From Lama glama (taxonomy: Eukaryota): a DNA stretch of 64,000 nt. Below, piece by piece: positions 1-12,349 of the stretch. A program made the translations under genes and the position numbers. Numbering within the stretch: the first letter of the stretch is position 1; each line of letters starts with the position of its first letter. The stretch is from assembly GCA_028534125.1 (NCBI GenBank), contig CM052850.1, forward strand, positions 25,482,001-25,546,000, given 5' to 3'. The notes below the pieces were generated by a model. It was not told where the DNA came from, ran no database searches, and was given only the letters and a program-made list of their open reading frames with translations.

Positions 1-2479
1 GACAGCCTCTCACTCTCTCAGCTTCCCTACCAGCTGTGCCAGGAGGACGTACCAAAGGGAGGGGTGCTCCCCAGCCTCGGGGAGGGTGCTTATCCGAGCA
101 GCACCTACAGCTCCCTCCCCAGGCCTCTGGCCCAGTTATCTGAACCTCCAGGCCCCCAGGTGTCCACCTCCTGATAACCCTTTCAGCTGCGGGTCCGCCC
201 CCAGGCTTGACCGCTCCAGGGCAGGACACCGTGGTCCTGTGGGCTCCAGTAAGTGCCATGCGGGTGGCGGGCTGTCTCACTCACAAGGGAGGGCTGGAAA
301 TGCAGGGCAGCCTGTTTTCATTTAAAAACACCAAAACAGAGCACACAACACACCAAAATCCATTTCCCTCCGCAACAGAGGGTCAAACCCTGATGGGATT
401 TACCGGCCCGGTGACCAGCGCTGCACTCCCCTGGGTGTTACGGGTGCAGAAAGGGCTACATGTGAGCTCCTGCTGCGTATGTGAGCTCACTCCCTCGCCC
501 AGGGCCCTGGGCACTCCTGCCATGCCCTCCTCACAGGCGCCCTCACTGCTGACCGCTCTGCTCACTCCAGGGCACACACATCAGAGCAAGGTGACGAACA
601 AGCCCAGTGGAGTCATCTGGAAACACAGCATCCGGGGGCCAGCTGGCCAGAGACGCTGTCCACTGTCCCCGTGTGCGGGGCTGTAACCGTGGACCCGCCC
701 TCCTCCCTGGCCCAGGGCTTGATGGGGACCATCCCTCTCCCAGGATGGGGGGGGGCAGGAGTCACTTGGGTTTGATGCAGGGCCCCCAGGTCAGAGCCCC
801 AGAGCTGAGAGCCTCGCTGCTGATGAGCTGCTGGTGGGCTCCTCACATGAGCCTGTGAAAAAGGTCCTTTTTGCACGTGGTTCTAGGGCACTTGATAAAG
901 CGGGTCAATACTTGAGGCAAAGCAGATCAGAGGCCCGGGGTAACAGTCGCCCCACACAGGTGGGAGGAGTCGAGACACCAGGCAAATGACCCCCGCTTTG
1001 CCCGCAGCTCTGCCAACAGGGCCCCGAGATGGGACAGGAAGTGGCTGCCGGCTGCAAGGGTTCCAGGAAGCTCGGCCAACCTGGGTGCCCGGGAAGCACT
1101 GGTACTGGGCCAGAGAGCAGCATCCGACCTCGTGACCGAGGCTGGACAAGCCCTGGGCCCAGGCAGCCAGTCTGCCTGCTGACCTGGAGCCTGAATATCT
1201 GTCCAACACAGCGGCACTCACTGGGCACTGGGACCCGGAGCCCTGGCTGCCAGTGGGCTGGGGCTCCTGGACTGCGGCCAGTGACCACAGGCTTGCGTGG
1301 CCCAGGTGGCCAGGAGAGCGGCCAGCAGCGGGGCTGACCACTGGACAGGCATCCTGTCGCTCTGGCTTCTTGTCCTGCCTTTGCCTTGTAGTCCAAACCC
1401 ACCCGGGCACATGGGGGCCCTCCTCCCTCCCTGCACACCCAGATGTCCTCTGGGCTTGGCGGGTCCCCTTCCACCCCAGGTCCAACTCCCCCTCCCAGTA
1501 TTTCTTCACTTCCTGCCCTGACTCTCATCCCTCCTAGTAACAGACAGGGGCCCCCATTCGGGGTGTATCAGAGTCCTGGGGGACCTCGTAAAACAGGTCT
1601 CCCCATCCCTGGGGTCTGATGGGGGCAGCCTGGGCGGGGCCGAGAACCTGCCATCTGACATGGTCAGGGATGATGTTGCTGCAGGTTCGAGGACCCATAT
1701 GGAGAACCAAAGGTGACTTCACGACAGCTGATTCACCTTTACTGACTCCAAGAAAGTGAATGAACATGACCCCACCACAACCCAAGCACCTGAGGAGGGC
1801 CAGCCTCCCTTCCAGACGTGCTCAAAGGCGGAGCCCACTCAGGGGGACAGCCCAGCTCCGGGCCTCCCACCACCCCACTGCCGGCCACTCAAGATTGGAG
1901 CCTTCAAAGGGTCTGGAAAACTGAGAGAAAATGAAGGAATTCCCCAGGGCGGGGGCTGCTCAGATGGGACCCAGGGCTCCAGTTCTGGTGCTGGATCTCT
2001 GCCACAGCCGGATATGACACCTCGGTCCAGTGGGGAACACTGCCCCCCAAGTACCCACACCTGTTGAGGCCCTGGTTTCCTGCAAAAAGAATTACTAACA
2101 CGCTGTGTCACCTTTTCAAATGTGACCAGCCCTGGAACATGTGTTTCATGTTTTCCATTTTTAACCCAGGCTGGGTGACGCCCAGCCATACAGAGTTCCC
2201 CGCCATTCGGTAGTGGAGGTGTCCGTGAGCATCTCGAACGGGGCTGACACTTTATTTCAAAATATGCCAGTAAGAGGCAGATTCAGTCAACTCTGAGATG
2301 TGCTGACCTGTGAGCCCTGCAGTAAGCAGGGAACCCCACAAGCAGCCATATCTCGCTTTTGTGGGTTCTTCCAAAGCAGAGCCCTGCAAAACATGGAGGT
2401 TCCCAAAGCACCCCCAGCCCTGGCCCCGACAACAGCCAGGATGAACAGGAAGGGAGCCTCCCCAACAAAGTCAGCCCCA

Positions 2480-2640
2480 GTTCCTGACATGCTGTGTGAC
2501 CTTGGGCAGGTTGCTGAGTGAGTCTGAGCATCTGTTTCCTCATCAGCTAAAGAGGAATACTACGGCAGGCCCGGTGGGTGAATTTTAACATGCAAACACA
2601 CTGCCTGGCATGCCTCCAGGTTACTAATCCCAGGGATCAC
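2480..2640 (+). mobile_element. MIR fragment
   Basis: CTGTGTGACCTTGGGCAGGTT...TCTGAGCATCTGTTTCCTCATC, the MIR core. Confidence 0.7.
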
Positions 2641-5600
2641 TGACGAGTGAAGACCTGCAGAGGACAGCAGGGGTGCATGTGCAGGGGACTCCGTGGTCAG
2701 TCCCACCCTGGCTCTTACCTCTGGGGCCTGGAAGCTCCCACCCCGCCCAAACCTGCTGCAGCTGCAGCACCTCAGGGAGAGGACACTGCAGCATCCACCC
2801 AGCACCTTCATTGGTTAGCTAGCGGTCAATGGAGCTCAGAGAGGTTATCTGACTTGCCAAAAGTCACACAGCTGTAACCAGGGGAGTGGGGTGAGGATCC
2901 CCCGGCCTCCTAAGTCCCACTCCTGTGCTCTGGCTACTGGACTGGGGTCCTCAACCCTGGCTGCCCGTGACAGTCTCCACCCCTGCTCCCCTGACACACG
3001 ATGGGCTCCCACTTTGCTGGGTCGGGGCAGGGGGCTGGGCATCAGTGTTCCCAACTGGGTGGCTGGAGGTGCAGCCAGGGTGGAGACCCGCCATGAACAC
3101 ACAAGTCTACTGACGCCCTTGGAGTCGGGGAGACGGACAGGTGGGGGCGTGGCCCCAAGCAGGTTCAGACCCGAGTCTGCAGCAGGCTCTCACGTTGGCG
3201 GGGCCCTTGGACCCTCCCGTATGACTGGGGGACACTCATGATGCCCCTGTTCACCTGTGACCAGGACAGAAGCCGACCCTCAAGTTCTCCCTGTGCCACA
3301 GCAACGGGGAGCTGACCTGCTAGTCCACACCAACCCAGAGAACAAAATGTTCGTTACCCAGACTCTGGGGAGCGTCCCTCCTCGTCCGGACCCTGAACTC
3401 GGCCCCCTTAGCCCGAGCTGACAGCCCCGGAACAGGCCTTCCCTCCCGACTGCCTCTTCCGGCCGCCCCCACCCCACACCCAGCTTTGCCCTTTCCTTCG
3501 GCTCTGAGGGGCCTGACACGATGGCCTGTCATACGTGTTTGCGACCACATAGGATGACCAGACGAGGTGGCTCCAGCCAGGCCCCTCCAGCTGCCGCTGC
3601 CGCGGCATACCCACAGCCTCTTCCCTGCACCCGGTGGGGCCGCAGCTTCACTGTCCCCTCGCCAGGCACACCTGCTCTGTCATGTTCCTCCCTGGACAGT
3701 CCATCTGGCACTAGGCCCCCACCGTGATGGGACAGCCAACTCTCACTCCCTCTGAAGGCACAACCTGCCCACCCCTGCCCTGCCCCAGGCTCTGAAACAC
3801 AGGCCCAGAGAGGCCCAGCTCCCAGCCCTGGGCCACGCAGCCAGAGAGAGCGCCAGGCCCCAACAGGTCTCCTGCAGCAGCCCTGGGCCTCCCAGCTGAC
3901 TGAGGCTCACATGGGGCCCTAGGTGGGGGCCAGGTGAACACAAAGCCCCACAGCCTGCGTCCGCGCCGAGGGCTGGGTCCCACAACAGCCTCGGGCAGCT
4001 CATGTGGACAGGGTCTACATGCTGGGCTGGTCACGGGTCACAGTCTCCGGACAGTAGCTCCAGTTCTGTACTCCTACACTCGGGGCAGCTCACGGATGAT
4101 TGGGTTGTCAGCCAGCAACCAAGGTCAGGGTGACTCAAAGTGCGGACTGGGTTGCCTGCATCACACAGGAGGCTTCAGAGCGGGCGAATCCCAGGGGGGA
4201 GGGGTGGGCGCAGCCAGGGAAATGCCCCCGCCTGAAGGCAGGTCTGGGTGGACAGGTGTGGAGGAGGGAGACACCCCTTCCCACGGCAGAGGAGTACAGG
4301 AAGGCCACCTGGGACTGCCCACCTGCACAAGCAAGAGCTCAGGATCCTGCCAGGATGCAGATGGGACCCCAACCATCAGAGCCAAGAAGCTGCCGGCCTG
4401 GGTAGCATTCAGCTGGTGGGAACAGAATGGGGCAAGGCCTAGGGGTGGGGAAAGGTGTGCTCTGGGCAGCTCCCCTAGCCTACAATCCAGACAAGGGCGT
4501 GGGAAGGTCACACCGCCTGGGGGTGTGAGCACATAACCTGCCCTGTCCCCGGCACCCGCTGTGAGTCGCGGAAGGAGGGGACGGGAACTGGAGGCCAGCT
4601 TGGGCACAGGACAGGGCCCTGGGTAGCTGGGACCCACGGGGCAGCTGTCTGCCGCCACCCCCACACCTGCCCCCACTCTGGAAGCTCATTTGCAAAGTGA
4701 AGGTTCTGAGAGAAGATGGACGCTTTCTTAGGTGGCTCTCTGTAAGGGGTCTGACTCCCCACAGTTGGGGGTGAGAGGTGGGCAGCATTTCCCAGGGAGA
4801 CTCCAGGACACGCACAAACCTCACGTCCAGGAAGTGCTTGCCCTCAGCGACCAGGTGCCTGGACGTGGTAACCGACACTGTGGCAGACCCCTGGCACCTG
4901 CCACCCTCGCCAAGACAAAGACGGCTCAGGTGGAAGAGGGCACACAGCTGCGGCTCCCACCCACCACTGCCTTGGTCTCCCTGGCTGTAACCTGGGGGAT
5001 GCTGACACCGATTTCAAAGGCTGGGCAGTTTCTGACGGGGCCATGCTCTCAGGGGGCAGGGGTGGCTTCCAACCCGGCTGGGACTGTGGGCGTCCGGGAA
5101 CCTCGTGACTACGAGTTTGGATTGGGTATGCCGGGCGCACATTCCATGGGATTATCAAAGGGGTCCATGACCCAGGGGAAACCGGCCAGAGACGCCCACC
5201 CAGCATCTCCCGCCTCCCTTGGGTCTCGCGCCCTGTGAAGTCCCTGCCGGGCCCCAGCCTGTCCCGTGACTTGGGGCTGGAGCGCTTTCATGTCTGGCTG
5301 GGAAAGTCAGATTTCAGTGCTAATTACCAGGCTGCCGTCTGCACTCAGCTCACAGCTCCCGATGCTGGGGTGGCCAGCTCCTTGGAAACACCTAGAGGCC
5401 TTTGCTTCACGTGGCAAGGGGCTGACGCCAAGCGGCTGGCAGACGTCCAGACACACTGAACCGGCAGTTGTATGCAGGCCTCGCTGTGACAGGGGACACA
5501 GCGGTGAGCACATCGCATAGGATGGGGCCACACCATCAGGACAGAGTCACAGGGAGGGGCTGGGGGAGGGAAGTCATGCTGCCATGGCCTCCCCTCTCCT

Positions 5601-8038
5601 CCGGGTCATCACCCCAACTGACTGACCTACCCTGGGGTCAGCTGGCCATGACTCACCCACAGCCACAAAACCCATGCCTGATCTACACCCTTCCTTGTAG
5701 AAGGACAGGCGTGTCCCCAGCCCCAGGAGGTGCCGACACCCTGCCCCATCCCCACCAGGCAGGGCCACAGGCTGACACCTGTGCGATGGGCAGCTCCGCT
5801 CGGCCCCTGCCCCACAGGGAACTGCTGGCCTTCCCTCCCCTTCAACTCTTCCCTTCCTTCTTTCTGCTAAGACTGATGGGTGACATGCATGACAACTAGG
5901 GGGTGCAGGTGGCTGTCCTATCCAGTGGGAGGGAGAGGAGGGGGCACCCAGAGGTCTGCAGCCACCTCCCTGACACCTGCGTGCCCTGGACAAGAGGGAC
6001 CACAGCTCAGACAGGCTGAGTCAGCAGAGGGACGGGGGTTCAGGCTCTCCCTTCTTCTAGGAGATTCTCCCGTGAGATCAAGGACCCGTTAGGGCACAGC
6101 TGGGTTTCTGAACCACGGTGGGTCCATGCTCCCTGTGTGCTCCTGCCTCCGGCCTCTCCAGATGCCACCATTCCCATCTCAGAGAGAGCGGCCAGGGAGG
6201 CTGGAAAAACTGGGGATGAAAACCTGGCCCAGGAATAATCTCAGCTCACCTGAGCGACTTCTCCGCAAAGATAAAACCCGTGTCACCTGAATCTCAAACA
6301 AACGCCACCAAGTTTTCACTAAGCTGTAAGTAACCCACGTAAGCTGGGTCTCATACCAGTCTCCCAGCGCCAGCAAGCCTAGCGTCTCTCACCTTCATGA
6401 CTCGTTACAGACAAAAACACCAGGGCCACACACGGAGGGCCCCATTTTGTCACTTCTATGTCAGACCTACCAGAAAAGGGATTCCCCCCCACCCCATTTA
6501 CCCTGTCAGCAGGATCATTTCAAGCACCAAAGCCAACTGGCATCACAAGGAGCAGAGGGGCACCCAGAGGACTGAAAAGATCAACCTGCAAAAATGAGAA
6601 CTTGGCTCTAGAACCCCCGCCCACCGCTGGAAAGAGCGGCCACGTGGCCATTCACGACCCACTGCACGGCTGCCAGGCTGGAGTGCAGACCCCGAAAACA
6701 GCCCGGGGCCCCAGGCACATGCCCGTTGTAAGGAGGGGCTGCGGACACAGGCAGTGCACAGGGCCCTTTCTCCTGTGAGGGAGAAGTTCTAGAACCTGGC
6801 CTGTGTGCAACAAGCAAATGACACTCAGAAACTTTCCGTGGCCCTTCACAGCCTTCTCAGATTCCCCCAGGGGTAGGTCCCTTCCTGGGAAGTCCAGACT
6901 TCTCTGTGCACGAGTGTGAGCTGCCGGTGCCCAGCTCTGAGTTCTGCTGGCCTTGGACAAGTCAGACCACGCACTTACCCCTGCAGACAGCATATTCCTT
7001 TCTGTTACCGGAAGTTTCTTTTCATGGGAAAAAGCAACTCGCACACACACAACACACTCACATGGGTGCTTCAGAGGAAAAGAGCTCCAAATGGCCGATG
7101 GACACATGAAGCCCGTCACCCTAGCTCACACCAAAAGGGGTGCTGTTCACGTGACCCTTGTGACTTAGTAGCCAAGGCCCCTCCAGAACCCACCCCGACG
7201 CTTTACCTGCTTAAACCCCAAAGTTTTAGAAAGTAAGGGGTCCATTTTTAAAGACTAAAGAGCAGGCCCTTTAAAGATAGTGTTGTGTCATTACATCCTG
7301 GGTGGGAACATTAAATCGGATCTAGCCACGGTGAAGATCAGACATTAAAATCATCCTAATAACAAAAGCCAACAAAGAGGGACTTTTTCTTACTTAGTCT
7401 AAAAGCATCACCTCAAGAGCCCACCAGGTTCCCCTGTCCTCAGGCAGGTTGAGAATTGCTTTGACTGTTCCTAGATTTGGATCAAAAATTTTTTCAAGCC
7501 GAAATCCTCTTCGCCGAGACTCCCCCAAAAGGCAAAATGTCCCCCTTCCCAGGCGTGACTGCTCTGTCACAGTCCCAGGAGCATGTGATCTCAGGCCTCT
7601 TGGAGTCACCGCTTTCTGGAGTGTGCCTTGGAGCTCTGAAAGACCCCCGCTCTGGCCCCCATCACCGCCACGCAGTGAGCTTCTGTGGGAAGCTTGCCCG
7701 CTCGCTCCAGAATCCCAAAAGCACCAGCACGCACTGCTGGGCAGAAGCCACTCCAGGTCACAGGCCCTGCGTCTCGGGCTCCCACCGGAGAAACCACACA
7801 CCAGCCCTGCCAGCTCTGCACATCTGTGCACCATCAGGGTTTGGGCAGAGCCGCAAATCAGGTGGCAGCTCTGAAAGCAGGGCACGTCCGTCTTGCAAGC
7901 CTCCTTAGAGGCGGGCCAGGGGGTAGGTGTAAAACTGCCACAGCCAAGAAACCAAGAAAAGATAAGAAAATTCCGTGGCTTTTCATGCAGGTGCTGTTAC
8001 TTCTTCTTTTCTGAAATCCCAGGAGAAAACAGCCCACT

Positions 8039-8101
8039 AACATACTGGGACCTCATCCACCAACATACTGGGACCCTGTCCAACATTGGGACTCTGGCCA
8101 A
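8039..8101. repeat. Degenerate ~20-bp tandem repeat in SLC7A5 intron 1
   Basis: AACATACTGGGACC at 8039 and 8062, AACATTGGGAC at 8082. Confidence 0.7.
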
Positions 8102-8681
8102 TGGCTGTTCTTCAGCACAACTTGGGACCCCCAAACCCACACATTTAAGCTGCAGCTGAGCCCCCTTTACTCTCAGAGAGCAGGCAGCCTTCAGGAACTA
8201 AGCACTGCCGCCTGAACCAGCAACGTTCATTCAGCCACCCACACAGACTTTATTACTACTGGTTTTGTATGAGTCAGCCTTTCCTGATAAGCTGATTTAA
8301 ATGCTTTTTTTAAAATGCAATTTCTTTCTCTTGACAAATTGTAAGCATTTGGGAAGTCAGACAGGAAACATGCTTTCAGACGCTCCACGTGGGAGCCTTT
8401 GCAAGAAGGCAGGGGTATTGCTCACTTCAACGGCTCTGGACGGACTGAGTGGGAAGCCGAGTTCCGGCCAGGGACTGGGGCGGGGACTCTGCTGTCTGTC
8501 TCACTGCGGATTTCCCAAAGTGATGTGGAAACGAATGAATGAAACGCACGTGGCCTTAGTCTAGAACAGCGGCGACGCCCGGGGAAGCCGGACGTTGGGG
8601 ACAGCCGGAGACGGCCGGAGACGGTCCTGGAGGACTGCGCCCCCCGCCCCGCCACCGCCGGGTCCCGGGGCCAGTACTCAC

Positions 8682-9222
8682 GCACGCAGAGGCAGGCCAC
8701 GAGCTTGGCGGCCTCCTCGGGCACCGGGCAGGTGGGGAAGAGCGGCTTGAGAAGGTAGGTGGCGAAGACGAGCGCCACGATGTACTGCGAGGAGGGCCGG
8801 ATGATCAGCAGCTCGATCCAGAGCTTGAGGAAGGCGGGCAGCGAGCCGTACACCTCAAGCATGTAGGCGTAGTCGCCGCCCGACTTGGTGATGGTGGTGC
8901 CCAGCTCCGCGTAGCAGAGCGCGCCCACGATGGAGAAGACGCCGCACACGGCCCACACCACCAGCGCCAGCCCCGGCGAGCCCGCCTCCTTGAGCACGCC
9001 GGTCGGCGTCACGAAGATGCCCGAGCCGATGATGGTGCCCACGATGATGGCCACGCCGTTGAGCAGCGTGATGCTGCGCTGCAGGGTCACGCCCTCGCTC
9101 CCTGCGCCCTCCGCGCCCCCCGCGCCCCCCGCCGCCAGCATCCGCTCGCGTGCCTGCCGCTCCTCCTCCTCGGCCGCCGCGGGGGCCGCCGCCGCGCGCC
9201 GCTTCGGGCCCGAGCCCGCCAT
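8682..9222 (-). CDS. SLC7A5: L-type amino acid transporter 1 (LAT1), coding part of exon 1 (180 codons + 1 nt)
   Basis: ATG at 9222-9220 gives MAGSGPKRR...[40 protein letters not shown]...[18 protein letters not shown]...[21 protein letters not shown], which is the LAT1 N-terminal transmembrane region. It has the TM1 GSG motif and the Cys that bonds 4F2hc (C165, codon 8730-8728). The exon ends at a GTGAGT donor (8681-8676). Confidence 0.98.
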
Positions 9223-9347
9223 GCTGCCGGGCCGGCCGGCGGGGCCGCGCTGGGCTGGGTCGGGGCCGGGGCCGGGCCGGGGGCTGGACACCCGGCGCGC
9301 GCCACCCACCGGAGAAGGCCCGTCCCCACTACGCGGCCGACAGCCGC

Positions 9348-9456
9348 TGCGTCAGCCGGCGCGGCACCGCGCCGCCCTTTATAGGCCGCCGCCGGCCCCG
9401 CCCCGCCCTCAAGGCCCCGCCCCAAGGCCCCGCCCCGGGCCCGTCCCGCGCACGTG
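9348..9456 (-). promoter_or_regulatory. SLC7A5: SLC7A5 core promoter: TATA box, GC boxes, E-box
   Basis: TATAAA on minus at 9383-9378, implying a TSS near 9350. Tandem GGGGCGGGG Sp/KLF boxes at 9396-9436, including a duplicated AAGGCCCCGCCCC. CACGTG at 9451-9456. TGACGCA at 9354-9348. Confidence 0.8.
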
Positions 9457-10589
9457 GAGCGCTGGGCGCCTCGCCCTCCCGGCTGGCTCCGGCGTTCCCC
9501 CCGCCCCTGTCCGCGGCGACCCGGAGCGCGCACGCGGGGACCCCGCTGCTCTTGGCGGAGTGGGCGCTGCCGCAGGGCCGGCCTGCAGCACGGGATGGGC
9601 GGGTTTTGGGTGCCTTTGGGGCTCAGAGGAGGCCTGCCTGCCCCCTAGAGGGAGCCCACTGTGCTGCCGGCTTCTGTCCCAGAGGTGTTAGGATCCCGCG
9701 CCGTCTGCTCACCCCGGGGGACCTCGGAGGTATGAAGTGATCAGAACCCCTCCTGGGGGAAGCCCAAGGTCCAGGGAGGGCCTGGGGTGCTGAATCTCAG
9801 GGCTGAGTGAGCGGGAGCTCAGAGAAGAGAAGAAGAGGGAAGTGCTGAGGCCACATCTGAGCTCCTTCCTACGCTCCGAAGTCCCCACTTTACCCCAAGG
9901 GGCGCCTCCTTGTCCAAGAGCAGCATTCAGGGGCACACAACTTTGAGAAGCAGCGACACAGGTTCTGGGAAACCAAGAAATCTGCAGAAGCTCAGTTACA
10001 TTAACAGAATTGCCCCCCCAGGGGGGTCCCTGAAGGAGCACCATGAGAACCCCTGACCCCAAATCTACCCCGAAAATCCAAAGGCAAGCTGCTGAGGGGA
10101 AGGAGTTTTTGACGTGTTCTGGAAGAGCTCCTAGGAAGGGCAGCCAGGACACCAGTGGTCAGAATCAGAGGAGGAAATGCACTGCAACCAGGCATCCTGG
10201 GCCTGGAAACAGGAAGGACTCAGACATGCTTGTGGACGAAACTGGCAGCTGAACAGGGGAAGAATCTCGAATCCCATCTCAAGGGGAGCTTAGCCAAGGC
10301 ATGCCATTTGGACCTTCCTCATCAACCCACCCCCGCCCCCAACGTGCCAGCCCTTCACGGCAGTGTGCCAGCCAAACAAAATCTCGGCAGCCCAAAGGCC
10401 CCACAACACAAATATTAGCTTGCAAGATGTCTAAGTTGGTGGCTTAGGGGGAATCAAAACCAACCCCTCCACTCCTGTCCTTTCAGAGGCCACTGCTTGG
10501 CAGACCAGATTACCCAAGTCCGAGCAAACCTCCGAGTCTATCAGGTGCTGTGCTGAGTGAGCATCCAGTGTGCAAAGTATTTAATAGAG

Positions 10590-10700
10590 AAGGTGCCATT
10601 ACTATTGTAGACGAGGAAACTGAGGTTTAGCAGAGCAATGGAACTTGTCTGACCAGCAAGTGGGCTGGAACCCCATCCTTCTCACCCTGAACCCACATGT
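10590..10700 (-). mobile_element. MIR fragment
   Basis: TAGACGAGGAAACTGAGGTTTAG...AACTTGTCTGACC. Confidence 0.6.
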
Positions 10701-11489
10701 ACTTGTGGTCATTCTGCCACCCTCTTCTTGTGGTTTATTTACCTCTAGACAGTTAAGCAGCGAAGACTTTTTGACCATCTCAGGATACACTTCGGTTTCA
10801 GGTGGAAGGAAGTCATTTAGCAATGCTCCAAGGGAACATGCCAAGCCCCTCCACCTGGGATTCCCACAGCTGACACCTGCAGGTGTGTCCTTGTGCTGGC
10901 CACTGCGCTGGGCTCCAGGCCGGTGACAGCGAGTGCCTCTTCCAGACACAGAGAGGCGATCAATAATTGCACATAAGAGTGTGAAATTAACAATGCCGAT
11001 AAGCCAAGAGCCCTAAGGGCCAGAGAGCTGGTCAGAAGGAACCAGAACTAACAAGGGAGGAGGAAGGAACAGCTTGTGCATGTGGAATGCTGGTGCCTCC
11101 CTCTGGGGGCTCCTGGGAAGTGGCCAGAGACAATAGCTGGGAGGTGACAACACCCCAGGAGCGCTTCCACGCCCCCGCGGCTTTTAGGCACCTTCGTCTG
11201 TTTCTACTTGGTTTTCAGATGAAACCGTCCTAGATTTCCAAGGGCAAACTTGCTTTGATTTCCCTGATGCAACTCCTAAAACTCCTTACAGAACTCCGTG
11301 ACTCTAAAAACCTTAGCCACAAGCACCACCTACTGGTGGAGTGACAGTGGAGCTTCTTGTCCCAGGCAGGTTCAAACCAGCCTTTCCAGCACTAGCCAGT
11401 AATTTGTTTAAAAGTTGTGCTATTTATTCTTACGAGGGTTGCTGGAGAATAACTCGGGCATTTCTATCAGGGAAGCTTGGGAGTTTCCG

Positions 11490-11720
11490 TCAAAAGCCTT
11501 AAAACCATGGATCCCATTTGACCAGTAATTCCACTTCTAGAAATTTCTCTAAGGAAATAAGGAGCCAGCGGAGTTTTGGCTACATGGTTGTTTATTGTAG
11601 TTTTAAAACATAGTAGCCAACAGGAAATAACCAAAGGTCTGGCACATCAGCTTTGGTAAATGTTGCTATAGCCACAGGGTAGAAAACAATGTAACCATAA
11701 AAAATCAGGATGTAAAAGAA
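11490..11720 (+). mobile_element. Old L1 (L1ME-like) fragment
   Basis: CCCATTTGACCAGTAATTCCACTTCTAGAAATTTCTCTAAGGAAATAA, resembling the L1 ORF2 end. Confidence 0.55.
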
Positions 11721-12349
11721 CCTTTTGATAGAGGGTGGAGGATCTTCCAAGGCTCTATCTGGTGGACCCTTGGGTAGTCTGGCTGAGCCAGGACCCCACG
11801 TCCATCTGTTGAGACCTGGGAGAGCTGTCCCCCTTGGGGAGGAACAAGCAGTTCCTGTTTCTGTGGTGCAGGATGTAATCTGGCCCCAAGGTCGCTGCCT
11901 CTTCCATGGAGGAGCATTTCCCGGGGGCTTCTTGGAGCAGGAGCCTTGGCCTTGGAGAAGCTGAGCCGCCCTCGTGGAGAATTTGTACAAGCTTCAGTGG
12001 GGCAGAGCGGTATCTCTGTAGGGTTGTGGACTATTAGCCCTTTGGGGAAGCCACTCTCTCCTGTTTGGGTCTCAGAAACTCTGGGTCCAATCTTGGGAGA
12101 GAGAAGCCCGTCACAGGAAGACAGGCTGGATGTTGGGCCAGTGCAGGGGGCCGGGGAGCACGGCGGTTCTTCACAGAGCCATGCCATCAGCACTGCGTTC
12201 CGACCATTCTCTCCGTGTTTGTAAATCTGCCGTAGACCATCCTCTGTGGTCCATCAGCAGGTCCTCTCGAAGTGTTTTCTGCCGGCTCTCCCAAACTCTC
12301 TTCTGTTATCTCCAAATCTGCAGTGATTTTCAGGTTCCTGATGTCAAAA

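Larger units (their letters stand above)
1..8681 (-). other. SLC7A5: SLC7A5 intron 1 (partial; exon 2 lies outside the window)
   Basis: Follows the exon 1 donor; I saw no further LAT1-like peptide in 1-8681. Confidence 0.88.
8540..9720. promoter_or_regulatory. SLC7A5: CpG island over the SLC7A5 promoter and exon 1
   Basis: Very high GC with dense CpG; boundaries estimated by eye. Confidence 0.9.

Noticed and set aside
6260-6345. Isolated GATA and HRE (TACGTG) motifs in SLC7A5 intron 1
   Set aside because: Single hexamers cannot be distinguished from chance without conservation or binding data.
8422-9309. 295-aa ORF as a complete protein
   Set aside because: It is SLC7A5 exon 1 extended by a GTG-started leader and read-through past the GTGAGT donor into intron 1.
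8930-9740. Long antisense and alternative-frame ORFs (253, 196, 148 aa) over the SLC7A5 island
   Set aside because: These are Pro/Ala/Arg/Gly-rich shadow ORFs expected from stop-poor GC-rich DNA, with no recognisable domain.
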